A DNA stretch of 64,000 nucleotides, from contig OZ024744.1 in the NCBI GenBank assembly GCA_964016885.1, positions 31,744,001-31,808,000 of the forward strand, given 5' to 3'. The DNA comes from Eledone cirrhosa. Lineage: Eukaryota. Below, piece after piece: positions 27,827 to 43,542 of the stretch (position 1 is its first letter; each line of letters opens with the position of its first letter). The notes below the pieces were generated by a model. The model ran no database searches and was not told where the DNA came from. It saw only the letters and a list, made by a program, of their open reading frames with translations. Both the position numbers and the translations under genes were made by a program.

Positions 27827-30800
27827 ATGGGGAAACTAGTTACACATGTGTGTAGTTTGACCAACTAAATGGGGAAACTAGTTACACATGTGTGTAGTTT
27901 GACCAACTAAATGGGGAAACTAGTTACACATGTGTGTAGTTTGACCAACTAAATGGGGAAACTAGTTACACATGTGTGTAGTTTGACCAACTAAATGGGG
28001 AAACTAGTTACACATGTGTGTAGTTTGACCAACTAAATGGGGAAACTAGTTACACATGTGTGTAGTTTGACCAACTAAATGGGGAAACTAGTTACACATG
28101 TGTGATGTTTGACCAACTAAATGGGGAAACTAGTTACACATGTGTGTAGTTTGACCAACTAAATGGGGAAACTAGTTACACATGTGTGATGTTTGACCAA
28201 CTAAATGGGGAAACTAGTTACACATGTGTGATGTTTGACCAACTAAATGGGGAAACTAGTTACACATGTGTGTAGTTTGACCAACTAAATGGGGAAACTA
28301 GTTACACATGTGTGATGTTTGACCAACTAAATGGGGAAACTAGTTACAAATGTGTGTAGTTTGACCAACTAAATGTGGAAACTAGTTACACATGTGTGTA
28401 GTTTGACCAACTAAATGGGGAAACTAGTTACACATGTGTGTAGTTTGACCAACTAAATGGGGAAACTAGTTACACACGTGTGTAGTTTGACCAACTAAAT
28501 GGGGAAACTAGTTACACATGTGTGTAGTTTGACCAACTAAATGGGGAAACTAGTTACACATGTGTGTAGTTTGACCAACTAAATGGGGAAACTAGTTACA
28601 CACGTGTGTAGTTTGACCAACTAAATGGGGAAACTAGTTACACATGTGTGTAGTTTGACCAACTAAATGGGGAAACTAGTTATACATGTGTGATGTTTGA
28701 CCAACTAAATGGGGAAACTAGATACACATGTGTGTAGTTTGACCAACTAAATGTGGAAACTAGTTACACATGTGTGTAGTTTGACCAACTAAATGGGGAA
28801 ACTAGTTTCACATGTGTGTAGTTTGACCAACTAAATGGGGAAACTAGTTACACACGTGTGTAGTTTGACCAACTAAATGGGGAAACTAGTTACACATGTG
28901 TGTAGTTTGACCAACTAAATGGGGAAACTAGTTACACATGTGTGTAGTTTGACCAACTAAATGGGGAAACTAGTTACACATGTGTGTAGTTTGACCAACT
29001 AAATGGGGAAACTAGTTACACACGTGTGTAGTTTGACCAACTAAATGGGGAAACTAGTTACACATGTGTGTAGTTTGACCAACTAAATAGGGAAACTAGT
29101 TACACATGTGTGTAGTTTGACCAACTAAATGGGGAAACTAGTTACACATGTGTGTAGTTTGACCAACTAAATGGGGAAACTAGTTACACATGTGTGTAGT
29201 TTGACCAACTAAATGGGGAAACTAGTCACACATGTGTGTAGTTTGACCAACTAAATGGGGAAACTAGTTACACATGTGTGATGTTTGACCAACTAAATGG
29301 GGAAACTAGTTACACATGTGTGATGTTTGACCAACTAAATGGGGAAACTAGTTACACATGTGTGTAGTTTGACCAACTAAATGGGGAAACTAGTTACACA
29401 TGTGTGTAGTTTGACCAACTAAATGGGGAAACTAGTTACACATGTGTGTAGTTTGACCAACTAAATGGGGAAACTAGTTACACATGTGTGTAGTTTGACC
29501 AACTAAATTGGGAAACTAGTTACACATGTGTGTAGTTTGACCAACTAAATGGGGAAACTAGTTACACACGTGTGTAGTTTGACCAACTAAATGGGGAAAC
29601 TAGTTACACATGTGTGTAGTTTGACCAACTAAATGGGGAAACTAGTTATACATGTGTGATGTTTGACCAACTAAATGTGGAAACTAGTTACACATGTGTG
29701 TAGTTTGACCAACTAAATGGAGAAACTAGTTACAAATGTGTGTAGTTTGACCAACTAAATGGGGAAACTGGTTACACACGTGTGTAGTTTGACCAACTAA
29801 ATGGGGAAACTAGTTATACATGTGTGATGTTTGACCAACTAATTGGGGAAACTAGTTACACATGTGTGTAGTTTGACCAACTAAATGTGGAAACTAGTTA
29901 CACATGTGTGTAGTTTGACCAACTAAATGGGGAAACTAGTTACACACGTGTGTAGTTTGACCAACTAAATGGGGAAACTAGTTACACATGTGTGTAGTTT
30001 GACTAACTAAATGGGGAAACTAGTTACACATGTGTGTAGTTTGACCAACTAAATGGGGAAACTAGTTACACATGTGTGTAGTTTGACCAACTAAATGGGG
30101 AAACTAGTTACACATGTGTGTAGTTTGAACAACTAAATAGGGAAACTAGTTACACATGTGTGTAGTTTGACCAACTAAATGGGGAAACTAGTTACACATG
30201 TGTGTAGTTTGACCAACTAAATGGGGAAACTAGTTACACATGTGTGATGTTTGACCAACTAAATGGGGAAACTAGTTACACATGTGTGTAGTTTGACCAA
30301 CTAAATGGGGAAACTAGTTACACATGTGTGATGTTTGACCAACTAAATGGGGAAACTAGTTACACATCTGTGTAGTTTGACCAACTAAATGGGGAAACTA
30401 GTTACACATGTGTGTAGTTTGACCAACTAAATGGGGAAACTAGTTACACATGTGTGATGTTTGACCAACTAAATGGGGAAACTAGTTACACATGTGTGTA
30501 GTTTGACCAACTAAATGGGGAAACTAGTTACACATGTGTGTAGTTTGACCAACTAAATGGGGAAACTAGTTACACATGTGTGTAGTTTGACCAACTAAAT
30601 GGGGAAACTAGTTACACATGTGTGTAGTTTGACCAACTAAATGGGGAAACTAGTCACACATGTGTGTAGTTTGACCAACTAAATGGGGAAACTAGTTACA
30701 CATGTGTGATGTTTGACCAACTAAATGGGGAAACTAGTTACACATGTGTGATGTTTGACCAACTAAATGGGGAAACTAGTTACACATGTGTGATGTTTGA

Positions 30801-33800
30801 CCAACTAAATGGGGAAACTAGTTACACATGTGTGTAGTTTGACCAACTAAATGGGGAAACTAGTTACACATGTGTGTAGTTTGACCAACTAAATGGGGAA
30901 ACTAGTTACACATGTGTGTAGTTTGACCAACTAAATGGGGAAACTAGTTACACATGTGTGTAGTTTGACCAACTAAATGGGGAAACTAGTCACACATGTG
31001 TGTAGTTTGACCAACTAAATGGGGAAACTAGTTACACATGTGTGATGTTTGACCAACTAAATGGGGAAACTAGTTACACATGTGTGATGTTTGACCAACT
31101 AAATGGGGAAACTAGTTACACATGTGTGTAGTTTGACCAACTAAATGGGGGAAACTAGTTACACATGTGTGATGTTTGACCAACTAAATGGGGAAACTAG
31201 TTACACATGTGTGTAGTTTGACCAACTAAATGGGGAAACTAGTTACACATGTGTGTAGTTTGACCAACTAAATGGGGAAACTAGTTACACATGTGTGTAG
31301 TTTGACCAACTAAATGGGGAAACTAGTTACACATGTGTGTAGTTTGACCAACTAAATGGGGAAACTAGTTACACACGTGTGTAGTTTGACCAACTAAATG
31401 GGGAAACTAGTTACACATGTGTGTAGTTTGACCAACTAAATGGGGAAACTAGTTATACATGTGTGATGTTTGACCAACTAAATGGGGAAACTAGTTACAC
31501 ATGTGTGTAGTTTGACCAACTAAATGTGGAAACTAGTTACACATGTGTGTAGTTTGACCAACTAAATGGGGAAACTAGTTACACATGTGTGTAGTTTGAC
31601 CAACTAAATGGGGAAACTAGTTACACACGTGTGTAGTTTGACCAACTAAATGGGGAAACTAGTTACACATGTGTGTAGTTTGACCAACTAAATGGGGAAA
31701 CTAGTTACACACGTGTGTAGTTTGACCAACTAAATGGGGAAACTAGTTACACATGTGTGTAGTTTGACCAACTAAATGGGGAAACTAGTTACACATGTGT
31801 GTAGTTTGACCAACTAAATGAGGAAACTAGTTACACATGTGTGATGTTTGACCAACTAAATGGGGAAACTAGTTACACATGTGTGATGTTTGACCAACTA
31901 AATGGGGAAACTAGTTACACATGTGTGTAGTTTGACCAACTAAATGGGGGAAACTAGATACACATGTGTGATGTTTGACCAACTAAATGGGGAAACTAGT
32001 TACACATGTGTGTAGTTTGACCAACTAAATGGGGAAACTAGTTACACATGTGTGTAGTTTGACCAACTAAATGGGGAAACTAGTTACACATTTGTGTATT
32101 TTGACCAACTAAATGGGGAAACTAGTTACACATGTGTGATGTTTGACCAGCTAAATGGGGAAACTAGTTACACATGTGTGTAGTTTGACCAACTAAATGG
32201 GGAAACTAGTTACACATGTGTGTAGTTTGACCAACTAAATGGGGAAACTAGTTACACATGTGTGATGTTTGACCAACTAAATGGGGAAACTAGTTACACA
32301 TGTGTGTAGTTTGACCAACTAAATGGGGAAACTAGTTACACATGTGTGATGTTTGACCAACTAAATGGGGAAACTAGTTACATATGTGTGTAGTTTGACC
32401 AACTAAATGGGGAAACTAGTTACACATGTGTGATGTTTGACCAACTAAATGGGGAAACTAGTTACACATCTGTGTAGTTTGACCAACTAAATGGGGAAAC
32501 TAGTTACACATGTGTGATGTTTGACCAACTAAATGGGGAAACTAGTTACACATGTGTGTAGTTTGACCAACTAAATGGGGAAACTAGTTACACATGTGTG
32601 TAGTTTGACCAACTAAATGGGGAAACTAGTTACACATGTGTGTAGTTTGACCAACTAAATGGGGAAACTAGTTACACATGTGTGTAGTTTGACCAACTAA
32701 ATGGGGAAACTAGTTACACATGTGTGTAGTTTGACCAACTAAATGGGGGAAACTAGTTACACATTTGTGTATTTTGACCAACTAAATGGGGAAACTAGTT
32801 ACACATGTGTGATGTTTGACCAGCTAAATGGGGAAACTAGTTACACATGTGTGTAGTTTGACCAACTAAATGGGGAAACTAGTTACACATGTGTGTAGTT
32901 TGACCAACTAAATGGGGAAACTAGTTACACATGTCTGATGTTTGACCAACTAAATGGGGAAACTAGTTACACATGTGTGTAGTTTGACCAACTAAATGGG
33001 GAAACTAGTTACACATGTGTGATGTTTGACCAACTAAATGGGGAAACTAGTTACACATCTGTGTAGTTTGACCAACTAAATGGGGAAACTAGTTACACAT
33101 GTGTGATGTTTGACCAACTAAATGGGGAAACTAGTTACACATGTGTGTAGTTTGACCAACTAAATGGGGAAACTAGTTACACATTTGTGTATTTTGACCA
33201 ACTAAATGGGGAAACTAGTTACACATGTGTGATGTTTGACCAGCTAAATGGGGAAACTAGTTACACATGTGTGTAGTTTGACCAACTAAATGGGGAAACT
33301 AGTTACACATGTGTGTAGTTTGACCAACTAAATGGGGAAACTAGTTACACATGTGTGATGTTTGACCAACTAATTGGGGAAACTAGTTACACATGTGTGT
33401 AGTTTGACCAACTAAATGGGGAAACTAGTTACACATGTGTGATGTTTGACCAACTAAATGGGGAAACTAGTTACATATGTGTGTAGTTTGACCAACTAAA
33501 TGGGGAAACTAGTTACACATGTGTGATGTTTGACCAACTAAATGGGGAAACTAGTTACACATCTGTGTAGTTTGACCAACTAAATGGGGAAACTAGTTAC
33601 ACATGTGTGTAGTTTGACCAACTAAATGGGGAAATTAGTTACACATGTGTGATGTTTGACCAACTAAATGGGGAAACTAGTTACACATCTGTGTAGTTTG
33701 ACCAACTAAATGTGGAAACTAGTTACACATCTGTGTAGTTTGACCAACTAAATGGGGAAACTAGTTACACATGTGTGTAGTTTGACCAGCTAAATGAGGA

Positions 33801-33964
33801 AACTAGTTACACATGTGTGATGTTTGACCAACTAAATGGGGAAACTAGTTACACATGTGTGATGTTTGACCAACTAAATGGGGAAACTAGTTACACATCT
33901 GTGTAGTTTGACCAACTAAATGGGGAAACTAGTTACACATGTGTGATGTTTGACTAACTAAATG
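27827..33964. repeat. 42-bp tandem satellite, about 146 units
   Basis: Unit ATGGGGAAACTAGTTACACATGTGTGTAGTTTGACCAACTAA; common GTGTGATGTTT variant; no spacers. Confidence 0.99.
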
Positions 33965-34024
33965 AATATCTGTATATCGAGGATAAAATGACAGGTTTGT
34001 AATGAAGTTATAACCATAGGTAAA

Positions 34025-34468
34025 TGAGAAATTTAAACCATAGGTAAATCACAAGATATGATGCCTATTCACAAAAGTTTTGAATTGATATTTTGAAAAA
34101 AATTATTTACAAGAAACAAAATAAGAATAAGATTTAATAATGTAATTTTGATTTGATATATTACAAAAAATAATTGTTTCTACTTTTGGCACAAGGCCAG
34201 CATTTATCCAGTGCATTACTGGTACTTTATTTTATAGACCCCGTAAGGATGAAAGGCAAAGTTAACCTCGGCTGGATTTGAACTCAGAATGACTATATTA
34301 CAAAAAATAATATTTTCCAATTTTTCATGCATTACATTTTACATTGAGTAATATTGAAATGCAGAGTTCTTCTCCATAAATTATATCACTGATTTAAAAT
34401 CAATCATTTTCTTACAAAAAAAAAAAAAAAATGTGTGAAACGCAGCAATGCGTGGGTAATTCGGCTAG
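34025..34468 (+). mobile_element. Helitron 3' fragment (same subfamily as 25435, shares SINE fragment)
   Basis: ACGCAGCAATGCGTGGGTAATTCGGCTAG end; inverted match to ~25435-25880. Confidence 0.85.
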
Positions 34469-34512
34469 TATATATATATAATTATATATATATATACATA
34501 TATATATCTAAA

Positions 34513-34548
<36 letters not shown>

Positions 34549-34658
34549 ATGATATATATCTATATATATAAATATATATATATTATATATATGTATATAT
34601 ATACACATATATATATATATATGTACATATATATAAGTATGTATTTATATATATACAT

Positions 34659-34730
<72 letters not shown>

Positions 34731-35224
34731 GCATATGTATATGTATGTATATATATAAACATATATAAGACGAAGTCGTTAAAATAATTAGCAGTCTACA
34801 ATTACTGGGGTCTATATATAATCGGGAAACGGAAATGAAGTCACAGGAAAAAATGTCTACATTTCATTTAAATACCATCAATAATAGTCTAAATAATTAA
34901 ACAAATAACATTCGGGTTATGTTGTGGGTTAGGGTTAGGGTTATAACGTGTAATATTCAAGGAAAGTATTGCCAGTCTGTTGTGTATACGTGTGTATATG
35001 TATATTCATATGTGTGTATACGTGTATATATGTATACATATATATATGTGTGTGTATGTGTGTGTGTGTGTACCTTTTTCTTTCCCTGGACTTCCCATAT
35101 AGTCAACGAATACCATAAGGAAAAGGATCCCAAACTACCAACGAACGGAGGAACTAAGTCCTATTATATATAAAATCAAATAATATAAATTCCATAAAAT
35201 TGTAATTTATTGAAAACAGTGCAT

Positions 35225-35285
<61 letters not shown>

Positions 35286-35480
35286 GTGTGTGTATGTGTG
35301 TGTATGTGCGAGTGTGTCTGTGTCTGTGCGTGTGCCTGTGTGTGTGTGTGCGTGTGCCTGTGCGTGCGCGTGTGCGTGTGTGCGTGTGTGTATGTGTGCG
35401 CGTGTGCCTGTGCGTATGCGTGTGTGTGCGTGCGTGTGTGTGTGTGTGTGTGTGTGCGTCTGCGTGTGTGTGTGTGTATG

Positions 35481-35558
<78 letters not shown>

Positions 35559-35781
35559 TGTGCCTATGCGTGTGTGTGTGTGTATGTGTGTGCAGGATAT
35601 CCGTAGATAAAAGGCCAAAGAAAACAATGCTCAATTTAATACAAGAGAGTCTATTTAGTTTATATTAAATTTCATGCACTTAATATGTATGCGCGACCTT
35701 AGGCTAGGAGTGCATTTAAGTTCCAGTCTAGCTGTTGAAACGGCAAGAGCTCAGCCGTCGGGCCCCGACAATTTATATATA

Positions 35782-35975
35782 TAGGAAAAAGTATTATCCC
35801 GACGGCAGAGCTCAAGCCGTTTCGACGGCTATTTCTGGACTCCAGAAATAGCCGTCGAAACGGCTTGAGCTCTGCCGTCGTGGTCATACTTTTTCCTATT
35901 TCCCACTCTACTACCCTAACTATTGAGTACTCTGGTGCGTTAAGGTCCATCTGGTTCCTTACCAAAATTCTTTTG

Positions 35976-35980
<5 letters not shown>
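35782..35980 (+). mobile_element. Fold-back HHR-half element
   Basis: GACGGCTATTTCTGGA-C-TCCAGAAATAGCCGTC-GAAACGGC..GCCGTC; (TA)n flanks. Confidence 0.75.
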
Positions 35981-36043
<63 letters not shown>

Positions 36044-36434
36044 TCTTATATCTTCATAGATATATATATATTAACTGAAAATACTTAAATTCCGGTATAA
36101 ACATTTCCCCCTCACACCCATCCAAAAGTGTGACTTGTTTCCTGTGACATTTTTGCTTTGATTTATTTCCGTTCACCGCTGTGGTCACAACCCAATGACT
36201 GAAACCTTTGAAGGAAGAAGAATGTGTTATATCATTTACACGTTTGTGAAGAAACTATTGTGAACTAATTAAGAGCCCCCCCCCCCACCCCCAATTTCGA
36301 ATCCAATCAGAAACTGGATTTAGTAAAATGGATGTAGTAAAAGAATAATTTTGATGTAAAACGGAACAACATTTACATTTTTGTTTTCGCTCTTAACATG
36401 GAGAATACCTAAATGTATTTGTGAGTGAATAATA

Positions 36435-37005
36435 AGGATTTCTAGTATAGGAACAAGGCCAGTAATTGGGGGGAGGGTTAATTAAATCGACCCCAGTATG
36501 TTACTGGTGCTTTATTTTATCGACCCCCCCCCCCTCCGTAAGGCTGAAAGTCGTGAGTGAATAATAATGATAATATTATAATAATTGTTTCTACTTTTGG
36601 CACAAGGCCAGCAATTCTCCCAGTGCATTATTGGTACTTTATTTTATCGACCCCCGTAGGGATGAAAGGCAAAGTTAACCTCGGCGGGATTTGAACTTAT
36701 ACTGCAAAGGGACGTAACTCTATGCTGCAAAGCATGGCGTCTGACGCTCTACCGATACTGCCAATCCAATGCCCTATCATTAATATTATGATATTATTAT
36801 TCACTCACAGGGTAGTGGATTGACAGTATCGGTAGAGTGTCAAACACCATGCTTTGCAGCACAGAGCTACGTCCCTTTGCAGTCTGAGTTCAAATCCCAC
36901 CGAGGTTAGCTTCACTTTTCATCCTTACGGGGGTCGATAAAATAAAGTACCAGTAATGTACTGGGATAATTGCTGGCCTTGTGCCTGAAGTAGAAACAAT
37001 TATTA
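36435..37005. mobile_element. SINE cluster (two minus, one plus)
   Basis: OR-type consensus matches separated by (AAT)n. Confidence 0.8.
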
Positions 37006-37426
37006 TTCACTCACGAATACATTTATATGTTTTCTGTTATATATTTTACTGGTTTCAGTCATTAGACTGCGGCCATACTGTGGCACCGCCTTCGTGTAGG
37101 CGATTATATCGACATCAGTTCGGTTGCGGCCATACTGTGGCACCGCCTTCGTGTAGGCGATTATATCGACATCAAATATGGCACTTGATTTATTGATCCT
37201 ATTCAATTCGAAGTTACTGGACATCAACACCGACACAGACCTAAACACACACATGAATACTCTACATACACACATTTACACATACTCACACGCACACATA
37301 TATATATACATGCACACACACACGCACACATATATATAATGTGTGTGTGTGCATGTATATATATACATGCACACACAAACTATTATACGTATATATATAT
37401 ACATGCTCACACACATACATTTACAT

Positions 37427-37522
<96 letters not shown>

Positions 37523-37880
37523 GTGTGTGTGTGTATGTAAATGTATGTGTGTGAGCATGTATATATATATACGTATATATATATATATATATATAAATGT
37601 AAGTATGTATGTATACGTACATAGATATATGTATACAGACGTACAGTATTACTGTACGTCTGTATACATATATGTATGTACGTATATATGCATACTTACA
37701 TTTAAGTAAGTGCCGTACTAAGAGTGAGAAATGAAATTTCGTTTCATTCTATTCCATTTATCGCTTTCGGTGTGCCCGGCCGACTGATCTCACTCGATAT
37801 GCAAATTAGGCTGCTCAGCCGTTAATATGCATAAGGAAAGTATATACTTTCAGACGTTCAACCATCTGGCAGGAAGGTAT

Positions 37881-37923
37881 ACGATGCTGACGATAGCTTA
37901 TAAGCTTGAAACTAGTACATCGT
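37881..37923 (+). ncRNA. Minimal type I hammerhead
   Basis: ACGATG-CTGACGA-TAGC ttataa GCTT-GAAA-CTAG-TA-CATCGT; palindromic ACTAGT helix III, GUA triplet. Confidence 0.85.
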
Positions 37924-38119
37924 TCCTTTGTCAGTGTTGAACAAAAAGGTGACGTGGTTGCCTAAACACTGTACGGCGTCATTCGAGCTGTTTGTTTGTT
38001 TACAAACGAACAAACCTAGCATTATAATAAATGTTCGGTAAACCGATACGTGTATATATATATGTGTGGATGTATGTATATATATATATATACTACTGTA
38101 CGTCTGTATACATATATGT

Positions 38120-38524
38120 ATGACCCCTTAGCCTTTGTCAAGGCAGAATTCTAGGAAAAGGAAAACTTTAATATAACACCTGCAACCCTGATGGTATCCA
38201 ATGATGTTGACTTGTTCTTCTTTTTGGTAAATATCATCTTGGTTAAGAGAGTGGGACTGGCTTTGTGCAGTGCCTTTGCTCACTATAAAAGCTTCACGGC
38301 ACAGGCATTGCTTTATATCTGGAGATCTCTCTGCACTTGTCGTCACATGGTACCATGGGCCCAGCACTATGTGTCAATAATTGTCACAAGTGTAGTGTTT
38401 GTACCAGAGTTTTCAAGTCGCTGGCTGGACTAAAAAGTCACACTTGTTCAGCGCATTGGTAGGGGTTCTCCTACATGGATATAAAGTAATGGCCGTACTC
38501 GAAAACGAGTTGGCAGCCACCATG
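38120..38524 (-). repeat. ~400-bp dispersed repeat; inverted copy at ~48590-48995
   Basis: Near-identical translated peptides 38191-38433 (+) and 48681-48923 (-). Confidence 0.8.
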
Positions 38525-38600
38525 TACGCATACATACATACATACTTACACTTAAGTAAGTGCCGTACTAAGAGTGAGAAATGAAATTTCGTTTCATTCT

Positions 38601-38645
<45 letters not shown>

Positions 38646-38804
38646 AATGAGTTATATGGTTTGTTGATTTTTCAACAAAGTTAATTTTACAACAGATTAG
38701 AAGCACTCTACAATTTTATCTGGAGAATCATTAATATTAATAATATTAGTAAATAGAAATAAATATGGTTTTATAAAGATATTTTCCAGTTATTAATATT
38801 ATTA

Positions 38805-38907
<103 letters not shown>

Positions 38908-39158
38908 CATATAAGACGATAGATCTACTTTATAATGAAGTGACAAGACGATACAAAGCCCAATGTGTTATTACAAACAACAATTATGTGTAGTAAAAAA
39001 TATCCCAGGTAAAATCCATGCTAAGTTCCAATAATTACACTTATGTGACATCACAGGACATGACTAGCGAATAGTGAACTAACAGTATACTGGCATTATG
39101 CCATTTTATTAATTTTATGTATGTTTCACTAATAACAGACAACATCAACTAATATATA

Positions 39159-40198
39159 TCTATATATATAAAGTTGTAGTTCCTGTCTGTTTGTTTATTT
39201 GTTCACGTACTCCTCCTATGGTTTTGGAGATAGACCCCCCCATAACTATATATATTCTGAAACTCTATTGCCAGGGTACTTGGATAAGTATATTTCATTT
39301 TAATCAAAGGGTTCCCCGGGGGCATAAACCCCCGCTGAAAATCTTTTCCCTTTGATTTATATGAAATTTAAACCATAGGTAAATGACAAGATATGATGAC
39401 TATTCACAAAATTTCAGGAAATTTCAATAATATTAAGACACCCTAATGGGAGTTAAACCCCTTATAGTGAAAATGTTGGCCAATAAATGGAACAAGATGT
39501 CTTGTAACAAAATTGCATGAGAACTTGATTGAAGCAACCATAATATTAGGGGCTTACAAAGGTCAACTCGTCTCATTCCGAGGATTCCACTTATACCAAG
39601 TGGTAGCGAGTTGCCTTTTAAATTTCAGAGGCTGCAGTTCCCATTGAGAGCAAGCTTTGCCATGAGCATCAATAAGAGTCAAGGTCAAACTTTCAAAACT
39701 ATTAGTATATCTGACAAAACTCATGTTTCAGTCATAACATGTTTTATGTGGCTATTTCAAGGACTGGAACTGTAAAAAATCTCTACATTTTAACCAATCA
39801 AAGAAAGACAAGAACTGTTGTTTACCCTGAAGTTCTTCATTAGGACAAAGTTTGAAATATATTTTCATGTATTTATTATGTTAAAAAATAAATAATTAAA
39901 CTTTAATTTTCTAATTTGAAAATAATGCTTTACACAAAAACGAAATGATCAAGTTTTGAATTGATATTTTGAAAAAAAATTATTTACAAGAAACAAAATA
40001 AAAATAAAATTTAATAATGCAATTTTGATTTGATATATTACAAAAAATGTTTTCCAGTTTTTCATGCATTACATTTTACATTGAGTAATATTGAAATGCA
40101 GAGTTTTTCTCCATAAATTATATCATTGATTTAAAATCAATCATCATTTTCTTACAAAAAAAATGTTTGAAACGCAGCAAGGCGCGGGTAATTCGACT
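39159..40198 (+). mobile_element. Internally deleted Helitron with PIF1-type helicase C-terminal remnant
   Basis: TCTATATATATAAA start; ~39570-39840 encodes LIPRIPLIP..LPFKFQRLQFPLRASFAMSINKSQGQTF..YVAISR..VVYPEVL; 3' hairpin GCAGCAAGGCGCGGG. Confidence 0.9.
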
Positions 40199-40932
40199 TT
40201 TTTTAGCCGTTGCTCGCACCAACCGGAGGTATATGGTCTTTAAAGCGATGAAATGCATATGATGGTTGGAAGATCACCGATGAAGGACAAACTTTTTTCA
40301 TATGTAACCCATTTGCAACACCGCAGCGCCCTTATCATATTTACACATATTTTTCCTCTGCTGCTACACGTCTTTTTCGTTCTATGTATCTTTACCCTTT
40401 CTAGCAGTCTCTCTCTCTGTTAGCCTCTTCCTCACTCTTCACTCACTCATTCTCTGTCACTACCTCTCCTCCTCCTCTTTCTTCCCGTTTGACCTGTGAT
40501 TAATTCTTTTCTCTGGCACTCTCGGCCAAGCTGGTCGGAATTTTTTCTCTCTCTCGTCTACGATTTCACAGAACTTATGTTTACCGAATTCGCAGACCAG
40601 ACTCCTTCTTCCCCCCGTTAGACCTGTGCGAAATTCCTTCCTTGCTCACATTTCAACCAGGTTTGATGGTCTTTATTCTCTCGTTCACGATTTCACCGAA
40701 CTTAAATTCATAGAAATCTGGGATTGTCTCTTTCTTCCTCATTTTCTATTGCTTCACCATTTTGTTTGTTTACCCTCGCGTCACCTTTATTTACGTGTCC
40801 CAACGACTTTTTTTTAGCCGTTGCTCGCACCAACCGGAGGTATATGGTCTTTAAAGCGATGAAATGCCTATGATGGTTGGAAGATCACTGATGAAGGACA
40901 AACTCTTTTCATATGTAACCCATTTGCAACTC
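40195..40932 (+). mobile_element. Retrozyme-like non-coding element: two ~140-bp direct repeats, each with a candidate permuted HHR, 611-nt period
   Basis: Repeats ~40195-40338 and ~40804-40950; motif GAAA-TGCA-TA-TGAT ggttggaag ATCA-C(C/T)GATGA-AGGAC. Confidence 0.6.
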
Positions 40933-40947
40933 CGCAGCGCCCTTATT

Positions 40948-41745
<798 letters not shown>

Positions 41746-41829
41746 TATATATATATATTCGTAAAATTTTAGTATTTTCAGCGTGAAGGGTAGCCGTTAC
41801 CAGCTGGATACTATTTACATAGTAAAATA

Positions 41830-42018
41830 TTTGTTTCTACTTTTGGCACAAGGCCATAAATTACCCAGTGCATTACTGGTACTTTATTTTATCGACCCCG
41901 TAAGGATGAAAGGTAAAGTTAACCTCGGCGGGATTTGAACTCAGATCATAAAGGGAGGTAACTCTATGCTACAAAGCATGGTGTCCGACCCTCTACCAAT
42001 ACTGCAAATCCACCGCCT
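41830..42018 (-). mobile_element. OR-type SINE
   Basis: Consensus match. Confidence 0.85.
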
Positions 42019-42175
42019 TTACATAGTAAAATATTGAGGGTTAAGATGTAACAACAATTCGAACGGAGAGAGGGGGAGAAAGAGAGATGAGAAATGGGGG
42101 AGTTAGTGAGAGAGAGGAAAGGACTCTCTCTCTCTTTATATATTTATATATATGTGTGTGTGTTTATAGCATATG

Positions 42176-42214
<39 letters not shown>

Positions 42215-42446
42215 GACGATGTTGCAGATGTGCAACGAAAGATTTATGATAAACTATATATATGTGTTTGTGTCTATATTGTATCTGTATTATTTTTGAC
42301 TGTCGGTCAGTCAATGGCAACATTGAGGACCGAGTAAGTTAGATTACCGATATAAAAGATAGCGAGAAGCGAAAACCAACCAAACAGTGAGTGTGTTCTG
42401 TTATTAATTCTGGCAATATTACACAAATATGACCCTCCCCAAGTAT

Positions 42447-42502
<56 letters not shown>

Positions 42503-43269
42503 ATATATATATGCACACACGCATATATATATACATTCGAGGACAGGTACAATCTATGACTTTATTCATATTGTCAATAAATGCATGATGTTAATTAAAA
42601 TGTTCCTACCTATTTAAATTTACATAATTTAAACGAGTAAAACATTCTTTATACATAGTTTGAATTGTGATTAAATAAACAGAAATAATTAATGTTTAAT
42701 AAAATTAATAATTTGATCATTTTACAGAGGTTAGTTGGTTATTTTGCAATGACACTATTGAAGGGTACAACAACAAAAATGAAAAGAAGAGAAGAGAAGA
42801 GAAGAGAAGAGAAGAGAAGAGAAAAAAGAATCAAACTAGGAAAGAAAGGTTGATGGTGAAGGACAGATATTACACTCCAGTCGGGGCGGTGTTTCAGCCG
42901 AGCCACGTGGACAAAATGGTAAATTTGTTTTCCAAGTGGAAATACATCTAAAATGGAAATGGGAAACTTATAGGATCCCCAGAGATGAAAAATGTTCGCG
43001 ACATCCAGAAAATCAATGGAAACCGGAAGAAGAATATCTTCCACAGAGGAAATAATTTCTTTATTACAGTTATATCTGGATCAGATGAGTTTAGGCTAGG
43101 GCATTTCCATTGCATGAAACGTATAAAAATAAAATTATCACATGATCCACATGACAGGTGCAATGTATCCGAACACGGAAGAGCCAAACTCCCACTGTCA
43201 TCGCCTCCATCTCTCTCGCCCTCCCCATCTCTCTGTATAGTGAACAAATGGGGTCCCACGAGCTGGTTG

Positions 43270-43490
43270 CCTCACAGCCCCGCTGGACAGAATGGAGAAG
43301 GCGTTTCCAATGGAGGATGGTAACGGAGATGCGCTGGAAAAGCCAGTCCATTTCGCGAGGTTCAGACATATGGCTGGCCAGCTCAACGCCTATGGTGGTG
43401 AGTAGGGAGGTAGCCCTAGAGGCAATGACACCAGAAGTCTCCGCTGTTATGGGCACGACCGCAAACCTGTCGGAGAGCGACCGTACGGAG
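43270..43490 (-). pseudogene. CRE-like LINE RLE C-terminal fragment
   Basis: FAVVPITAETSGVI..EPREMDWLFQRISV..GNAFSIL resembles the P.A.ET.G..RE..WL.QR.S....GNA terminus of CRE-type elements. Confidence 0.6.
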
Positions 43491-43542
43491 GGATGTAAGC
43501 ATTATTACTGATAATATTTACATATTCTATATATGTATTGTA

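Noticed and set aside
27827-33964. CRISPR array (GAAAC-containing repeats)
   Set aside because: No unique spacers, no cas genes, eukaryotic context
42849-43053. Chromodomain-like KWK..ENQWKPEE exon
   Set aside because: Motif spacing too long; no supporting splice or gene context
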